A stretch of DNA of 64,000 nucleotides, taken from positions 32,001 to 96,000 of the forward strand of contig CAXXOA010000003.1 of the NCBI GenBank assembly GCA_963666275.2. The letters are read 5' to 3'. Shown here piece after piece: positions 1 through 10,273 of the stretch (position 1 is its first letter; each line of letters begins with the position of its first letter). Source of the stretch: Oceanispirochaeta sp. GTDB taxonomy: Bacteria > Spirochaetota > Spirochaetia > DSM-2461. A model generated the notes under the pieces. That model worked only from the letters and a program-made list of their open reading frames with translations. It was not told where the DNA came from and ran no database searches. The position numbers were made by a program, and so were the translations under genes.

Positions 1-467
1 TGGATCTGGAAGAGGCTAAAAGGCTCTCGGGAACCCGGTCCCTGAAAGGGGCTTCAGACTTTATGAAGCAGTCGGGCTGCGGAAGCTTTATCATCACCTG
101 TGGTGCCGGACCTCTATGCCTGTATGCGGGAGATAAAGGGCCCTTCCGGAAGCAGGAGGAAGTTTATCTGCCGGTAAGCCCCCTTGTGGATGAAGACCTG
201 AAAGCTCATCCGGAGAAACGGGGTGACACCACAGGCTGCGGAGACAACTTTGTGGGAGGGGTGATTGTTTCCCTGGCCCGGCAGCTTGAAGCCGGAACGT
301 CTCTGGATCTAGTGCATGCGGCTGTGGAGGGGATCTGCAGCGGAGGTCTGGCTCTCTACTCCAGAGGGGGCTGCCGGGTCGAGGCTTACCGGGGGGAACG
401 GGAGGCCCTTCTGGCTCCTATCCGGGAAGACTATTTGTTCCGTACCCTTCAGGAGGTTCTCGCATGA
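1..467 (+). CDS. PfkB-family carbohydrate kinase, C-terminal part (5' end outside window)
   Basis: PfkB anion-hole motif DTTGCGDNF; stop overlaps the next ATG (ATGA). Confidence 0.8.
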   Translation, partial: DLEEAKRLSGTRSLKGASDFMKQSGCGSFIITCGAGPLCLYAGDKGPFRKQEEVYLPVSPLVDEDLKAHPEKRGDTTGCGDNFVGGVIVSLARQLEAGTSLDLVHAAVEGICSGGLALYSRGGCRVEAYRGEREALLAPIREDYLFRTLQEVLA

Positions 468-1603
468 AAAAGGCAGTGGTTTTCGGTGGAGGGAATATAG
501 GCAGATCCTTTCTGGTCCCGGTCCTTCAGGAGGCAGGTTATAAAGTGACCATTGCCGACATTGATGAAGGGCTTATAACACTCCTCAATCAGAAGGGATC
601 CTATCCTCTTCATATCCTCTCCCGGGAACAGGAAACAGTTCAAATCATTCGGGATTTTGATGCTGTCAGTCTGAACGGGAAAGGCCGGATTCTGGAGTGT
701 CTGGAGCAGGCAGATCTGGTGAGCACTTCGGTGGGAAGGAAAGGTCTTCCCGGAGTCTGCCGGATTCTGGCGGAAGCCGCTGTCCAAAGAGCCGGTAAAG
801 GAAAAGCTCCCCTTGATGTCATTCTTGCGGAAAATATCCGTCAGGGAGCGGAACTCTGCCGCAACTCTATCCGGCCTTTGCTGCCCCATGGATTTCCTCT
901 GGAGTCCCATCTGGGTTTCGTGGAAACCAGCATTGGGAAAATGGTCCCCCTAATGAGTCCCTCCGAGAAAGCAGAGAATCCTCTGAAGCTTAAGGCAGAA
1001 CCCTACAATACTCTTATACTGGACAAGGCGGGTTTTCTGAACACTCCTCCCGAAGGGAAAAGCATCAAACTTGTGTACCCTATTGCCCCCTGGGTGGACC
1101 GGAAGCTTTTTATTCATAATCTGGGGCATGCCGCAGCGGCCTATCTGGGAAGGGCGAAATATCCCGAGATGCAGTATATATGGGAAGTTATGGAGGATGA
1201 GGAGTTGAAAGAGGCTGTCCGGGAGGCCATGACTCAAAGTGCGGAAGCCCTGGTAAAGGAGTACTCCCGGGTCTTCTCCCGGGAAGATCTTTTTGAGCAT
1301 ATCGAAGATCTTCTGTACCGTTTTTCCAACCGGGCTCTGGGTGATACAATCCAGAGGGTGGGACGGGATCTGCCCCGGAAGCTTTCCTTTTCGGACCGGA
1401 TCGTCGGAGCCATGAATCTGGCTATCTCCCACTGTCTTCCTTATGACCGGATTTTCCAGGTCTACAAAGGGGCTCTACAGTTCGGACTCTCTCCGGATGC
1501 GGATCCGGCGGATGCTGCGGTCTGCCGGATCGCCCGGGATCTGGATATTACCTTGCTTATGCAGATGCTCAGTGTAAACGGTCTTAACAGAACAGGTATA
1601 TGA
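464..1603 (+). CDS. mtlD: Mannitol-1-phosphate 5-dehydrogenase family (long-chain polyol dehydrogenase)
   Basis: N-terminal FGGGNIGR, RKLFIHNLGHA, RFSN..LGD...RVGRD..RKL...DR motifs. Confidence 0.85.
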   Translation: MKKAVVFGGGNIGRSFLVPVLQEAGYKVTIADIDEGLITLLNQKGSYPLHILSREQETVQIIRDFDAVSLNGKGRILECLEQADLVSTSVGRKGLPGVCRILAEAAVQRAGKGKAPLDVILAENIRQGAELCRNSIRPLLPHGFPLESHLGFVETSIGKMVPLMSPSEKAENPLKLKAEPYNTLILDKAGFLNTPPEGKSIKLVYPIAPWVDRKLFIHNLGHAAAAYLGRAKYPEMQYIWEVMEDEELKEAVREAMTQSAEALVKEYSRVFSREDLFEHIEDLLYRFSNRALGDTIQRVGRDLPRKLSFSDRIVGAMNLAISHCLPYDRIFQVYKGALQFGLSPDADPADAAVCRIARDLDITLLMQMLSVNGLNRTGI

Positions 1604-1628
1604 TACCCCTGTTCCGTTTTCCAGGGAT

Positions 1629-2588
1629 CTACTTCACCGAAGCCTTATAAATCCTGTCCATCACAGCCCGTCCCAATCCTTCGGTGGGAACCTTTTCGGC
1701 ATAGAGGACTTCCGTTCTGTCATCCCCATCCAGACGGTGCAGAGCCAGGAAGAGATTGGCGGCGGCCTCCACGGGATCTCCTTCGGGAGAGAGAGTTTCC
1801 ACCGCGGAAAACCCTCTGGTGTCGGGTCCCGATTTAAAAAGGAGGACTCCCGCTTTGTCACGGATCATCACATCCTCCGCTTTTTCCACAATATGCAGAG
1901 GTTTCCGGGGAGAGTAGTGCATTTCCAGCTGTCCCGGAGCTGTGGGGGATGTGGTTGTTCTGTTGAACAGCTCTACCTCTCCCAGATATTTTTGGATCTC
2001 TTCAATCGCAAGGCCTCCGGGTCTGAGAACCAGAGGAATCTCTTTCGTCAGATCCAATACTGTGGATTCTACACCTACCCGGCAGGAGCCGCCGTCCAGA
2101 ACCATATCGATTCTTTCGCCCAGAGACGCTTCCACGTGCTCCGCTGTGGTGGGGCTGAGAAAGCCGAAGGGATTGGCGCTGGGGGCGGCAATGGCTCCCG
2201 TGGAATGACGGATGAGCTCCAGAGCGATGGGATGATCGGGCATCCTGACTGCCATGGTGGGCAGGCCCGATGTGATCAGATCGGGGATGATCTCCTTCCG
2301 GGGCAGGATAACAGTCAAGGAGCCGGGCCAGAAGTGGTGGAGGATCTCATAGATTTTCTCATCCCGGACCTGAGCCACCCTGTCCAGAGTTTCCCAGTCG
2401 GCAATGTGAGTTATAAGAGGGTCGAAGGTCGGTCTGTTCTTGGCTTCAAAAATCCTGGCTACCGAACGGGGATCCAGGGCATTGCCCCCCAGACCGTAAA
2501 CCGTTTCGGTAGGAAATGCCACCAGACCGCCTCGGGACAGAATTTCCGCCCCTTTGAGAATATTTTCCTGTGTTCCTGGAACTATCAT
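1629..2588 (-). CDS. sua5: L-threonylcarbamoyladenylate synthase (YrdC + SUA5 domains)
   Basis: VAFPTETVYGLG, KNRP..DPLI.H, APSAN, GVESTV, PGQ..HYSP linker. Confidence 0.95.
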   Translation of the reverse strand: MIVPGTQENILKGAEILSRGGLVAFPTETVYGLGGNALDPRSVARIFEAKNRPTFDPLITHIADWETLDRVAQVRDEKIYEILHHFWPGSLTVILPRKEIIPDLITSGLPTMAVRMPDHPIALELIRHSTGAIAAPSANPFGFLSPTTAEHVEASLGERIDMVLDGGSCRVGVESTVLDLTKEIPLVLRPGGLAIEEIQKYLGEVELFNRTTTSPTAPGQLEMHYSPRKPLHIVEKAEDVMIRDKAGVLLFKSGPDTRGFSAVETLSPEGDPVEAAANLFLALHRLDGDDRTEVLYAEKVPTEGLGRAVMDRIYKASVK

Positions 2589-2953
2589 CTTGATTGTACC
2601 TTTATTGCCCCGGGAGCCTTGATTTTTGTTGTACAGGCTTCCCTTGTCGTATTCCGGATAATCTCTCTATCCTCGTCTATCCGGGAGAAATCTCCCTCCC
2701 GGTCCTGCAGAATCCGGTCCAGCAGATTTTCTGTATCCGCCTTCAGCCGGTATTCCACCCAGCGTCCGTCTTTGACCCGGTTTATAAGCCCGGCATTTTT
2801 GAGAATTTTCAAATGACTTGAAAGAGTGCCTCCGGCTATATCCAGTACTTCCAGAAGTTCACAGACACACAGAGGGCGTATCTTCAGCATCATGACTATT
2901 CGGAAGCGGTTGGGATCCCCCAGGGCTTTCATTTGATTGATCAGAATCTGCAT
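2585..2953 (-). CDS. arsR: ArsR/SmtB metalloregulator
   Basis: KALGDPNR, LCVCEL As(III)-type site, SSHLKILKNAGL; divergent from an ArsP-type permease. Confidence 0.8.
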   Translation of the reverse strand: MQILINQMKALGDPNRFRIVMMLKIRPLCVCELLEVLDIAGGTLSSHLKILKNAGLINRVKDGRWVEYRLKADTENLLDRILQDREGDFSRIDEDREIIRNTTREACTTKIKAPGAIKVQSR

Positions 2954-3001
2954 GCCTTAAAATAGCAGATCACCCTTGATAATTCAATTGCAAATTTGTA
3001 T

Positions 3002-3021
3002 ATTTAGCTAAACATCGAAAT
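3002..3021. promoter_or_regulatory. Putative ArsR operator (imperfect dyad atttagct-aaac-atcgaaat)
   Basis: Imperfect inverted repeat between divergent arsR and the permease, just upstream of the permease RBS. Confidence 0.4.
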
Positions 3022-3032
3022 GTGGAGGATCT

Positions 3033-4001
3033 ATGCTTAAAATCTTTACTATCCTGGCCGACTGGCTTGTCTATTCGCTTATCGGGCTGGACCGGTCCAG
3101 CAGGTTTGCCGGATCGCTTCACTTTTTTATCGAAGATGTCACAAAAATCTATGTCCTTCTTGTGGTTATGATCTACCTGATCGCCCTGGTCCGGGCGGGA
3201 GTGGATACCGAGCGGGTCAGACACTTCCTGATGGGCAAAACCAGAGCCGCCGGATACGGGCTGGCCTCTCTGTTCGGTGCGGTTACCCCGTTCTGCTCCT
3301 GTTCCAGTATTCCCCTTTTTCTGGGATTCACTTCCGCCCGGATCCCTCTGGGAATCACCATGGCTTTTCTTATCACCTCCCCCATGATCAATGAAGTGGC
3401 TGTGGTCCTTCTGGGGTCCATACTGGGCATCCGTTTTATGGTCCTCTATGTTATTACAGGGATGATTGCGGGAATCCTGGGGGGATTCTTCATCGATCTT
3501 ATCAAGGCTGAACGGTATCTGACCCCAATAGGGCAGCAGGCCGCGGGGATGGACTTGGAAGACGATTATACGAAATCCCGGCTGAATCTGAAAAACCGTC
3601 ACGACTTTGCCCGTTCCGAGCTGAAGGACATTTTCTCCCGGGTGTGGAAATGGGTCCTTATCGGAGTGGGGCTGGGAGCGGCTCTCCATGGTTTCGTTCC
3701 GGAAGAGCTGATTACAGGGGCTCTGGGCGACGGTCAGTGGTGGAGCGTTCCCGCGGCGGTTATTCTGGGGATTCCCCTGTATGCCAACGCCAGCGGCATC
3801 ATTCCTGTCGCCGAAAGCCTCCTGGCCAAAGGGCTTCCCGTAGGGACAGCCATGGCTTTTATGATGAGCGTGGTGGCCGCCAGCTTTCCCGAGTTCATGA
3901 TGCTCAAACAGGTGATGAAACCCCGGCTGCTTGTGATCTTTTTTCTGCTGCTTCTCTTCTTTTTCACCATCGCCGGATGGATATTTAACCTGGTTTTTTA
4001 G
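3033..4001 (+). CDS. arsP: ArsP/DUF318-family permease
   Basis: TPFCSCSSIP and GIPLY motifs, ~8 hydrophobic segments, GGAGG RBS. Confidence 0.8.
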   Translation: MLKIFTILADWLVYSLIGLDRSSRFAGSLHFFIEDVTKIYVLLVVMIYLIALVRAGVDTERVRHFLMGKTRAAGYGLASLFGAVTPFCSCSSIPLFLGFTSARIPLGITMAFLITSPMINEVAVVLLGSILGIRFMVLYVITGMIAGILGGFFIDLIKAERYLTPIGQQAAGMDLEDDYTKSRLNLKNRHDFARSELKDIFSRVWKWVLIGVGLGAALHGFVPEELITGALGDGQWWSVPAAVILGIPLYANASGIIPVAESLLAKGLPVGTAMAFMMSVVAASFPEFMMLKQVMKPRLLVIFFLLLLFFFTIAGWIFNLVF

Positions 4002-4084
4002 CGAATCCCACTGGATTGTAAAAAATAAACCTCACTTTTAAAAAGTCGTATTAAGATGAATAAAGATCGACAGGAGGGAGGTTT

Positions 4085-5788
4085 ATGCAGAAAACATTAC
4101 TGGCCGGAGTGGATTTCGGAACCGATTCGGTTCGGGTCCTTCTTTGTGATTCCCCCAGCGGAGAGGAAATCTCCTCGGCTGTTTCATCCTATCCCCGGTG
4201 GAAACGGAAGCTCTATTGTGATCCAGGGGAAAGCCGGTACAGACAGCATGCTCTGGACTATCTGGAGTCTTTCACCGAGGCATTCCGAACCGCCCTGGAG
4301 GGAGCACCTTCCGGAGCGGGAGATTGTCTTGCCGCCATTGCGGTGGATACCACAGGCTCCACCCCCTGTCCGGTGGATAGATCCGGAACCCCTCTATGCC
4401 TGCTCGAGAGGTTCCGGGAAAACCCCCATGCCATGTTTCACCTCTGGAAAGACCATACCGCCCTCAGGGAAGCAGAGGAAATCAACAGGGTATTCAGCGG
4501 CGGAGACATAGATTACACCCGGTACCAGGGAGTCTACTCCTCCGAATGGTTCTGGGCGAAGATTCTCCATACAATGCGTTTTTGTCCCGACATAAGGGAG
4601 GCCGCCTATACATGGATAGAGCACAGCGACTGGATCGCGGGCCATCTCCTGGGGCTCTCTTCCGGGGAACGCTTTTTCAGGGGATCCTGTCCGGCCGGTC
4701 ATAAAGCTCTCTGGCACAGCCGTTTCGGCGGTCTGCCCGACAGGAGGCTTCTGGAATCTCTGGACAGTTCTCTGGCCCTTGTTTCCGACAGATACGCCAG
4801 GCCTGTCACTCCGGCGGGAACGCCCCTGGGAAAGATCAGCGCCGCCTGGGCCGAGTCCCTGGGCATCAACAGGGACACTGTTATTACCATGGGCTCCTTC
4901 GATGCCCATGCAGGTGCGGTGGGAGCGGGAATTGCCGAAAGGACCATGGTCAAAGTGATGGGAACGTCTTCTGTGGATCTAGTCATCGAAAAGCCTGAAG
5001 TCCTGGAAGGGAAGGATCTCAGGGAGATCTGCGGTCAGGCGGAGGATTCGATTGTCCCCGGCTACGTGGGGATGGAAATGGGGCAACCCGCTTTCGGCGA
5101 TGCCTACTCCTGGGTCAGGGATCTGGTTCTCTGGCCGCTGAAACATCACAGCTTTCCCCGGGAGATTCTGACTGGGGAGAAAAAAGATGCTCTCACCACC
5201 TATCTGGAAAAAGAGACAATCCGTCTGATGGAAGAAGAGGCCGAGAAGTATCTGCCCCGAAGGGAACTGACAGTGGACTGGTTTAACGGAAGGCGCTATC
5301 CCTCTCTGAACGAGTCGGTCCGTTCCGTATTTACCAATATTTCCCTGGGGACGGAGCTCCCGGCCCTCTACTGTGCTGTGGTGAAGGGCACTGCATTCGG
5401 AAGCCGGAGGATTTTTGAATCCCTGATGGATCAGGGTGTGAGGATTGAAAGGATCATTGCAGTCGGGGGGATAGCTGAAAAGTCCCCTTTTATCCTGCAG
5501 ATGATGGCGGATGTTCTGAAAAAGCCTCTCTATCTCTGCCGGGACTCTCAGGTTTGTGCCCGGGGAGCCGTGATCTATGCAGGGGTCGGATCAGGTGAGT
5601 TCCGGGATATTCAGGATGCCCAGAAACGGTTCTGCCGGCATGACGACAGGCCCTATGTTCCGGATCGGCAGAGGGGCGAACTCTTTGACAGGCAGTACCG
5701 GGATTATCTGAAAGCCGGGGAACTGGGAGAGGCACTCTCCCCTCAGACCCACTGCAGGGAGGAGTCGCAGACAGGGCAGGTCTTGTAA
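4085..5788 (+). CDS. araB: Ribulokinase (FGGY family)
   Basis: GVDFGTDSVR, DTTGSTP, LWKDHTA, YSSEWFWAK, AGHKA, DAHAGAVG, DWFNGRR. Confidence 0.85.
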   Translation: MQKTLLAGVDFGTDSVRVLLCDSPSGEEISSAVSSYPRWKRKLYCDPGESRYRQHALDYLESFTEAFRTALEGAPSGAGDCLAAIAVDTTGSTPCPVDRSGTPLCLLERFRENPHAMFHLWKDHTALREAEEINRVFSGGDIDYTRYQGVYSSEWFWAKILHTMRFCPDIREAAYTWIEHSDWIAGHLLGLSSGERFFRGSCPAGHKALWHSRFGGLPDRRLLESLDSSLALVSDRYARPVTPAGTPLGKISAAWAESLGINRDTVITMGSFDAHAGAVGAGIAERTMVKVMGTSSVDLVIEKPEVLEGKDLREICGQAEDSIVPGYVGMEMGQPAFGDAYSWVRDLVLWPLKHHSFPREILTGEKKDALTTYLEKETIRLMEEEAEKYLPRRELTVDWFNGRRYPSLNESVRSVFTNISLGTELPALYCAVVKGTAFGSRRIFESLMDQGVRIERIIAVGGIAEKSPFILQMMADVLKKPLYLCRDSQVCARGAVIYAGVGSGEFRDIQDAQKRFCRHDDRPYVPDRQRGELFDRQYRDYLKAGELGEALSPQTHCREESQTGQVL

Positions 5789-5863
5789 GCCGCAGGGAAA
5801 ACATAGATAATTCACTATGAAGACATAGAAGACCAGTCAGATCATAAGGAGGCTCCATTCCTG

Positions 5864-6604
5864 ATGAATAAGAATCAAGAAAAAGCCGATGGAATAAATT
5901 TAAGACCTGTAAAGACTCAGCGGGCCAGTGAAGTCATATACGGACAGATCAGGGAAATGATTACTAATGGTGAATTGAATCCGGGAGACCGACTTCCTTC
6001 GGAAAGGGAGCTTATGGGCAGGCTTCAGAGAAGCCGTCCTGTCATCAGAGAGGCTCTGCGGATGCTGGAACAGGCCGGGTTTATACAGATCATAGCCGGA
6101 GCCAATGGAGCTGTGGTTCAGGAATTGAGTACCCAGTCGGTGGAGCAGCCCCTGGAGTCGATGATCCAGATCAACAAAATCAGTCTTGAGGAGCTGTCGG
6201 AGTACAGAAGTTTTACCGATGGAGAGATTGCCGTGCTTGCGGCTCAGAGAAGAACCGCAGAGGATCTTGTTCTATTGGCTGAAACCCTGGAAAAGGCGGA
6301 AGAGGTTATTGAGAACTATACGGAGTTTATCAAATTCGATACCAAGTTCCATGGCCTTCTGGCAAAAGCCGCCAAAAATGAAGTCGCCTACATCATGACC
6401 AGGGTTTCAAGCCGGGTTATCATCAGGTTCATGGAAAGAAAAATGCAGGATCTTGATCCTGAGAGCAGACTGAATATGTGCCGTAGAATCCTGAAAATGC
6501 ATCAGGAGATCCTGGAGGCAATCAGGAAGAAAAATACAAGAATTGCCCGTAAATCCATGATCTCCCATATCAGCGCCTTTAACAATGACCTGGAGGAGAG
6601 CTGA
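5864..6604 (+). CDS. GntR/FadR-family regulator
   Basis: GDRLPSERELM...SRPVIREAL wHTH plus FCD domain (D..FH). Confidence 0.92.
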   Translation: MNKNQEKADGINLRPVKTQRASEVIYGQIREMITNGELNPGDRLPSERELMGRLQRSRPVIREALRMLEQAGFIQIIAGANGAVVQELSTQSVEQPLESMIQINKISLEELSEYRSFTDGEIAVLAAQRRTAEDLVLLAETLEKAEEVIENYTEFIKFDTKFHGLLAKAAKNEVAYIMTRVSSRVIIRFMERKMQDLDPESRLNMCRRILKMHQEILEAIRKKNTRIARKSMISHISAFNNDLEES

Positions 6605-6639
6605 GTTTCGGGAGGTCTCAGCCTCCCTGTATCAGATCC

Positions 6640-7878
6640 TCAGACCTCGGGCTGCCAGTTTTTTGTCTGTCCCGATTCCATCATACTTTTGATGGCCCTG
6701 TCGTTGTAACCGAGTCCTTTCAGTACCTGTTCAGAATGTTCTCCCAGATAGGGCCCCCTGTTGTATTCGGGTTCTCCTGTTTCTGTTAAGATCACGGGAG
6801 GTCTTACAAGTGTTCTGGTGGCACCGGTCGGATATTCCATGGCATGGAAACAGCCGGATGCCCAGGCCTGTTTATCCTCCAGCAGCTCATCCCAGTTCTG
6901 GGCAACCGCAAAAGGTATATCCGCTTCTGTAAAGAGCTGAACCCATTCCGCAAGAGCTTTTCCGGCCATTTTCTCCCGGATAATTTCGTAAAAATCTTCC
7001 AGATTGTTCTGCAGGTTCTCCTGGGGAAAATATTTTTCATTTCCCACCAGGTCCTCTCTGCCGATGAGTTTTACAAATTTCTCATAAAAGGCATTGTAGA
7101 CGGGCATGGCAATCTGAATCCATCTGCCGTCCTTTGTCTTATGAGCCACATTCAGTGGGTTGGCCATCAGTTTTCTGGAAACAGGCCACTGGGTGGATTC
7201 ATGTTTGTACTGGGCACTCTGGAGCATAATTGCTATGTCCCAGATGGCCGCGTGAAGCAGACTTACAGAGACTTTATCGCCTTTCCCTGTATTTTTCGCT
7301 TTGTACAGAGCTGCCAGGAGTCCTGATGAGAGGAACATTCCTACCTGATGATCTCCGAAACCGGGAATCAGATTCATAGGATTGCTTCCGTCATCACAGG
7401 TGGGGCCCAGAACTCCCCCCCGGGCGGAATAGGCGGTATAGTCGAATCCCGGCAGATCCTTGTCGGGCCCTTTTTCTCCGTATCCTGTCACAATACCGTA
7501 GACCAGAGAGGGATAGCTGGCTTTGAGAGTGTTGTAGTCAAGTCTGGCTCTTTCCAGAGCGTTCTGCCGCAGGTTCGTGACGAACATATCCGCACCGGCA
7601 ATGAGTTTTTCCAGGGCTTCCCTGGCTTCCGGCAGTTTAAGGTTCAGGCATATACACTTTTTATTGGCGTTTTCCAGATCATAACTTGTGTTTTCCTTTT
7701 CTCCTGCAGGGCGGCCTTCATTAACGGCTGTGAACCGCAGGGGGTCTCCCGACAGAGATTCCACTTTTATGACTTCAGCTCCCAGATCTGCCAGATAGCG
7801 GCAGCAAGAGGGAGCGGCAACAAATGTTGCCAGTTCTATTACTTTTATACCTTCCAGGGGTTTTCGGGCTTCTCCCAT
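6640..7878 (-). CDS. fldA: Class III CoA-transferase, cinnamoyl-CoA:phenyllactate type
   Basis: CaiB/BaiF motifs; EGRP...ENTSYDLENANKK, GPDKDLPGFDYTA, PGFGDHQ recall Clostridium sporogenes FldA; cluster context. Confidence 0.8.
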   Translation of the reverse strand: MGEARKPLEGIKVIELATFVAAPSCCRYLADLGAEVIKVESLSGDPLRFTAVNEGRPAGEKENTSYDLENANKKCICLNLKLPEAREALEKLIAGADMFVTNLRQNALERARLDYNTLKASYPSLVYGIVTGYGEKGPDKDLPGFDYTAYSARGGVLGPTCDDGSNPMNLIPGFGDHQVGMFLSSGLLAALYKAKNTGKGDKVSVSLLHAAIWDIAIMLQSAQYKHESTQWPVSRKLMANPLNVAHKTKDGRWIQIAMPVYNAFYEKFVKLIGREDLVGNEKYFPQENLQNNLEDFYEIIREKMAGKALAEWVQLFTEADIPFAVAQNWDELLEDKQAWASGCFHAMEYPTGATRTLVRPPVILTETGEPEYNRGPYLGEHSEQVLKGLGYNDRAIKSMMESGQTKNWQPEV

Positions 7879-7952
7879 TAGATTCTCCTATTTGTTGAGT
7901 AGATTGGCAGGGACCCGCAGCCTGCAGGTCCTGTTTTGATTTAAACTTCCGG

Positions 7953-9131
7953 TTAAACTGAAGGTTCCAGTTCCATAGCTTTTCCTATGGTCCCGGCTTC
8001 CTTTGTATCAAACCTTGTTACGATCATATGGATCACAAAGGGGATCATAATGATGGGGATGGTCAGATAGCCCAGATAGCTGTAGCCTCTTCCGATCAGA
8101 GGGAGCAGGCCGAACTGAGCGACGCTGAAAGCCAGCAGAGTAAAGAAAGCTGTTGTAATGATGGCTGTTTTTGAGGGTTTTCCATTTTCTGTCAGACCGG
8201 GGTGGTCGTTTTTCTCCACTTTGGCACAGACTCTCATGGATACACCGGCAATCATATTTACAGCTGTGGAAACAGCTCCCAGTATGATCAGGATGGAAAT
8301 AATCGGTGTCAGCAGCGATGAGCCGATACCATTCTGAACCAGAATCAGGACAGGCACAGAGGCTTCGGCGTATTCAGGCATATTGACTACGACCAGAAGG
8401 CCGAAGATTGAAATCAATACAAGAACCGAGTTGGTGATGAATCCGTAGATCATACTCGTTTTGGAGTCATCCGGGCTTGTAAAAGGTTTGGCATGCTGGG
8501 CATAGAGGCCTATGGCAGCCAGCTGGAATGCGGCATACACAAAGCCTTTCCACAGGGCAGATCCGAAAGGAGCCGTTGTTTCTCTCATGCCTCCAATGTT
8601 GGTGGAAATAGTGCTCCACTGGGCAATGATATTGGGGACAAAAATCAGAAGAAGTCCCGCAATTATCAGGATGGAAAGGGTAGATGCCACTTTTCTGACG
8701 ATATCGGTCCCGTAGACGGCAACTATGAAAATAAAGATACCGATAATCGCTGTACAGAGAAGGTAGGGAATCCCCAGAAGCTGGTTCATGGTCGCTCCCC
8801 CTGTGGCGAAGGCAACAGCCGGAGCCAGACAGAGCAGAACAAAAAACAGCAGTTCATAAAGGTTGGAAAAAATGGGGGAGAGTTTCCCGTAGAAACTGTC
8901 GTTGAAACTCCTGTAATCATATTTCTTGTGATTGTAGGCGTAACGGAGGGCATACCACTGATATACCGCCGCAATGGCCTGTGCGATCACAGGTGTCAGG
9001 AAACACCACAGACCGTACTTAAGGAAATACACCTTTAACTGCGCTCCCGAAGCAAATCCTCCTCCGAACTGGGTCGTGAACCAGACGAATGCTACGCCTA
9101 TTGTCACAGGCATTTTGTCTTTGTTGATCAT
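7953..9131 (-). CDS. YkvI-like integral membrane protein, putative aryl-acid/amino-acid transporter
   Basis: FGGGFASG motif, ~10 TM segments, C-terminal GYSYLGY; overlaps fldC (ATGA). Confidence 0.7.
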   Translation of the reverse strand: MINKDKMPVTIGVAFVWFTTQFGGGFASGAQLKVYFLKYGLWCFLTPVIAQAIAAVYQWYALRYAYNHKKYDYRSFNDSFYGKLSPIFSNLYELLFFVLLCLAPAVAFATGGATMNQLLGIPYLLCTAIIGIFIFIVAVYGTDIVRKVASTLSILIIAGLLLIFVPNIIAQWSTISTNIGGMRETTAPFGSALWKGFVYAAFQLAAIGLYAQHAKPFTSPDDSKTSMIYGFITNSVLVLISIFGLLVVVNMPEYAEASVPVLILVQNGIGSSLLTPIISILIILGAVSTAVNMIAGVSMRVCAKVEKNDHPGLTENGKPSKTAIITTAFFTLLAFSVAQFGLLPLIGRGYSYLGYLTIPIIMIPFVIHMIVTRFDTKEAGTIGKAMELEPSV

Positions 9132-10273
9132 ACTCTTGATCCTCCTTTTATATGGATGATGTCCTTGAAGGTTTCAAGGATCGTCCTACCTTGTTCGAAG
9201 TCCACCATCTGACGGTCAACTTCGATAAGGGCAACAGGAATCTCTTCCCGTTCGCAGATGTTTTTGATCATGACATAATCGAATTCCTCTGGATCACAGA
9301 ATTTAGTCATTAATACTACCACACCATCTGCCCTGTGCTGTTGTGCTAATTCAGCAATATATTCAGCTCTCTTTTTATCCCTGTCATAAAGGACGGAACA
9401 GTTGTCCATCCGGCTGAACTTCCTGGCCAGATCTGTCAGGGGGGTGTCTCCTTCGGGGGTATCCACCCGATACTGACGGGATTCATGAGCCACATCATCT
9501 GCGACAATCTGGATGTTGTTTTCGTTGAACAATTCCAGGAGAGAGGGATTATCCGCAAGAATTCCTGATGTGATGATTCTTGTTTTCCGCTCCCTTACCG
9601 GGGGAAACTCCTCAATAATGGAAAGGAGTTTTTCCACTAGTGCCGTATGCTCCTCTTTCAGCATGAAATAGGCGCTTTTAAATATGGCGCTGCGGGATAC
9701 CGAATCAATCTCCGGGTAGTCTGAAAGGTATTCGCTCAAACGCCTCATACAGCGGTTATGCTCGTTATAGACTCTTATGGATTTTCCCAGAGAGTCTTCG
9801 TCAAAAGAGAGACCTGTATTCTTTTCAAGATCTTTGATGACCCGTTCGTATCCGGACTTTGTGAATGCCATACCCGCTTCGTTGCCCCTGTTCTGGGGAT
9901 AGGGCATGGGAATGAACGGGATGGAGGGAACTGCATACTTCCAGTTTTCTCCCAGTACTTTCAGAGAGTCACACAGATAGGGAATCACAATGGCCGAGAC
10001 TCCCTTATAGGCACCGATGACTCCCAGATCTGTAATGGACTGGGTTATGGAACACAGAAAGGCGGGGAAGTACTGTTTGGACTCTGTCAGCTGTCTATCC
10101 GCACCCCAGACTCCCATGGGGACAATGCCCATGGAGTGAATGATCTCTTCGGGAGTGTATACCGGTGCAACAGCTACCACTTTTTTTCCATCGGACAGGT
10201 ATTTATCCAGCTGTTTTTTCGGTGATGAGGCAATTTCTCTGAATTCTGCCAGGATTTTTTCTAAGGGCATCAT
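9128..10273 (-). CDS. fldC: 2-hydroxyacyl-CoA dehydratase beta subunit
   Basis: YTPEEII, YFPAFLCS, CDSL, PQNR, KFCDPEEFDY (FldC/HadC). Confidence 0.85.
   Translation of the reverse strand: MMPLEKILAEFREIASSPKKQLDKYLSDGKKVVAVAPVYTPEEIIHSMGIVPMGVWGADRQLTESKQYFPAFLCSITQSITDLGVIGAYKGVSAIVIPYLCDSLKVLGENWKYAVPSIPFIPMPYPQNRGNEAGMAFTKSGYERVIKDLEKNTGLSFDEDSLGKSIRVYNEHNRCMRRLSEYLSDYPEIDSVSRSAIFKSAYFMLKEEHTALVEKLLSIIEEFPPVRERKTRIITSGILADNPSLLELFNENNIQIVADDVAHESRQYRVDTPEGDTPLTDLARKFSRMDNCSVLYDRDKKRAEYIAELAQQHRADGVVVLMTKFCDPEEFDYVMIKNICEREEIPVALIEVDRQMVDFEQGRTILETFKDIIHIKGGSRV

Noticed and set aside
1737..2816. 359-aa ORF opposite sua5/arsR (likewise 23528-24472, 26405-27346, 39582-40397, 60943-62061)
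   Set aside because: Each lies antisense to a well-supported gene and has no domain signature.
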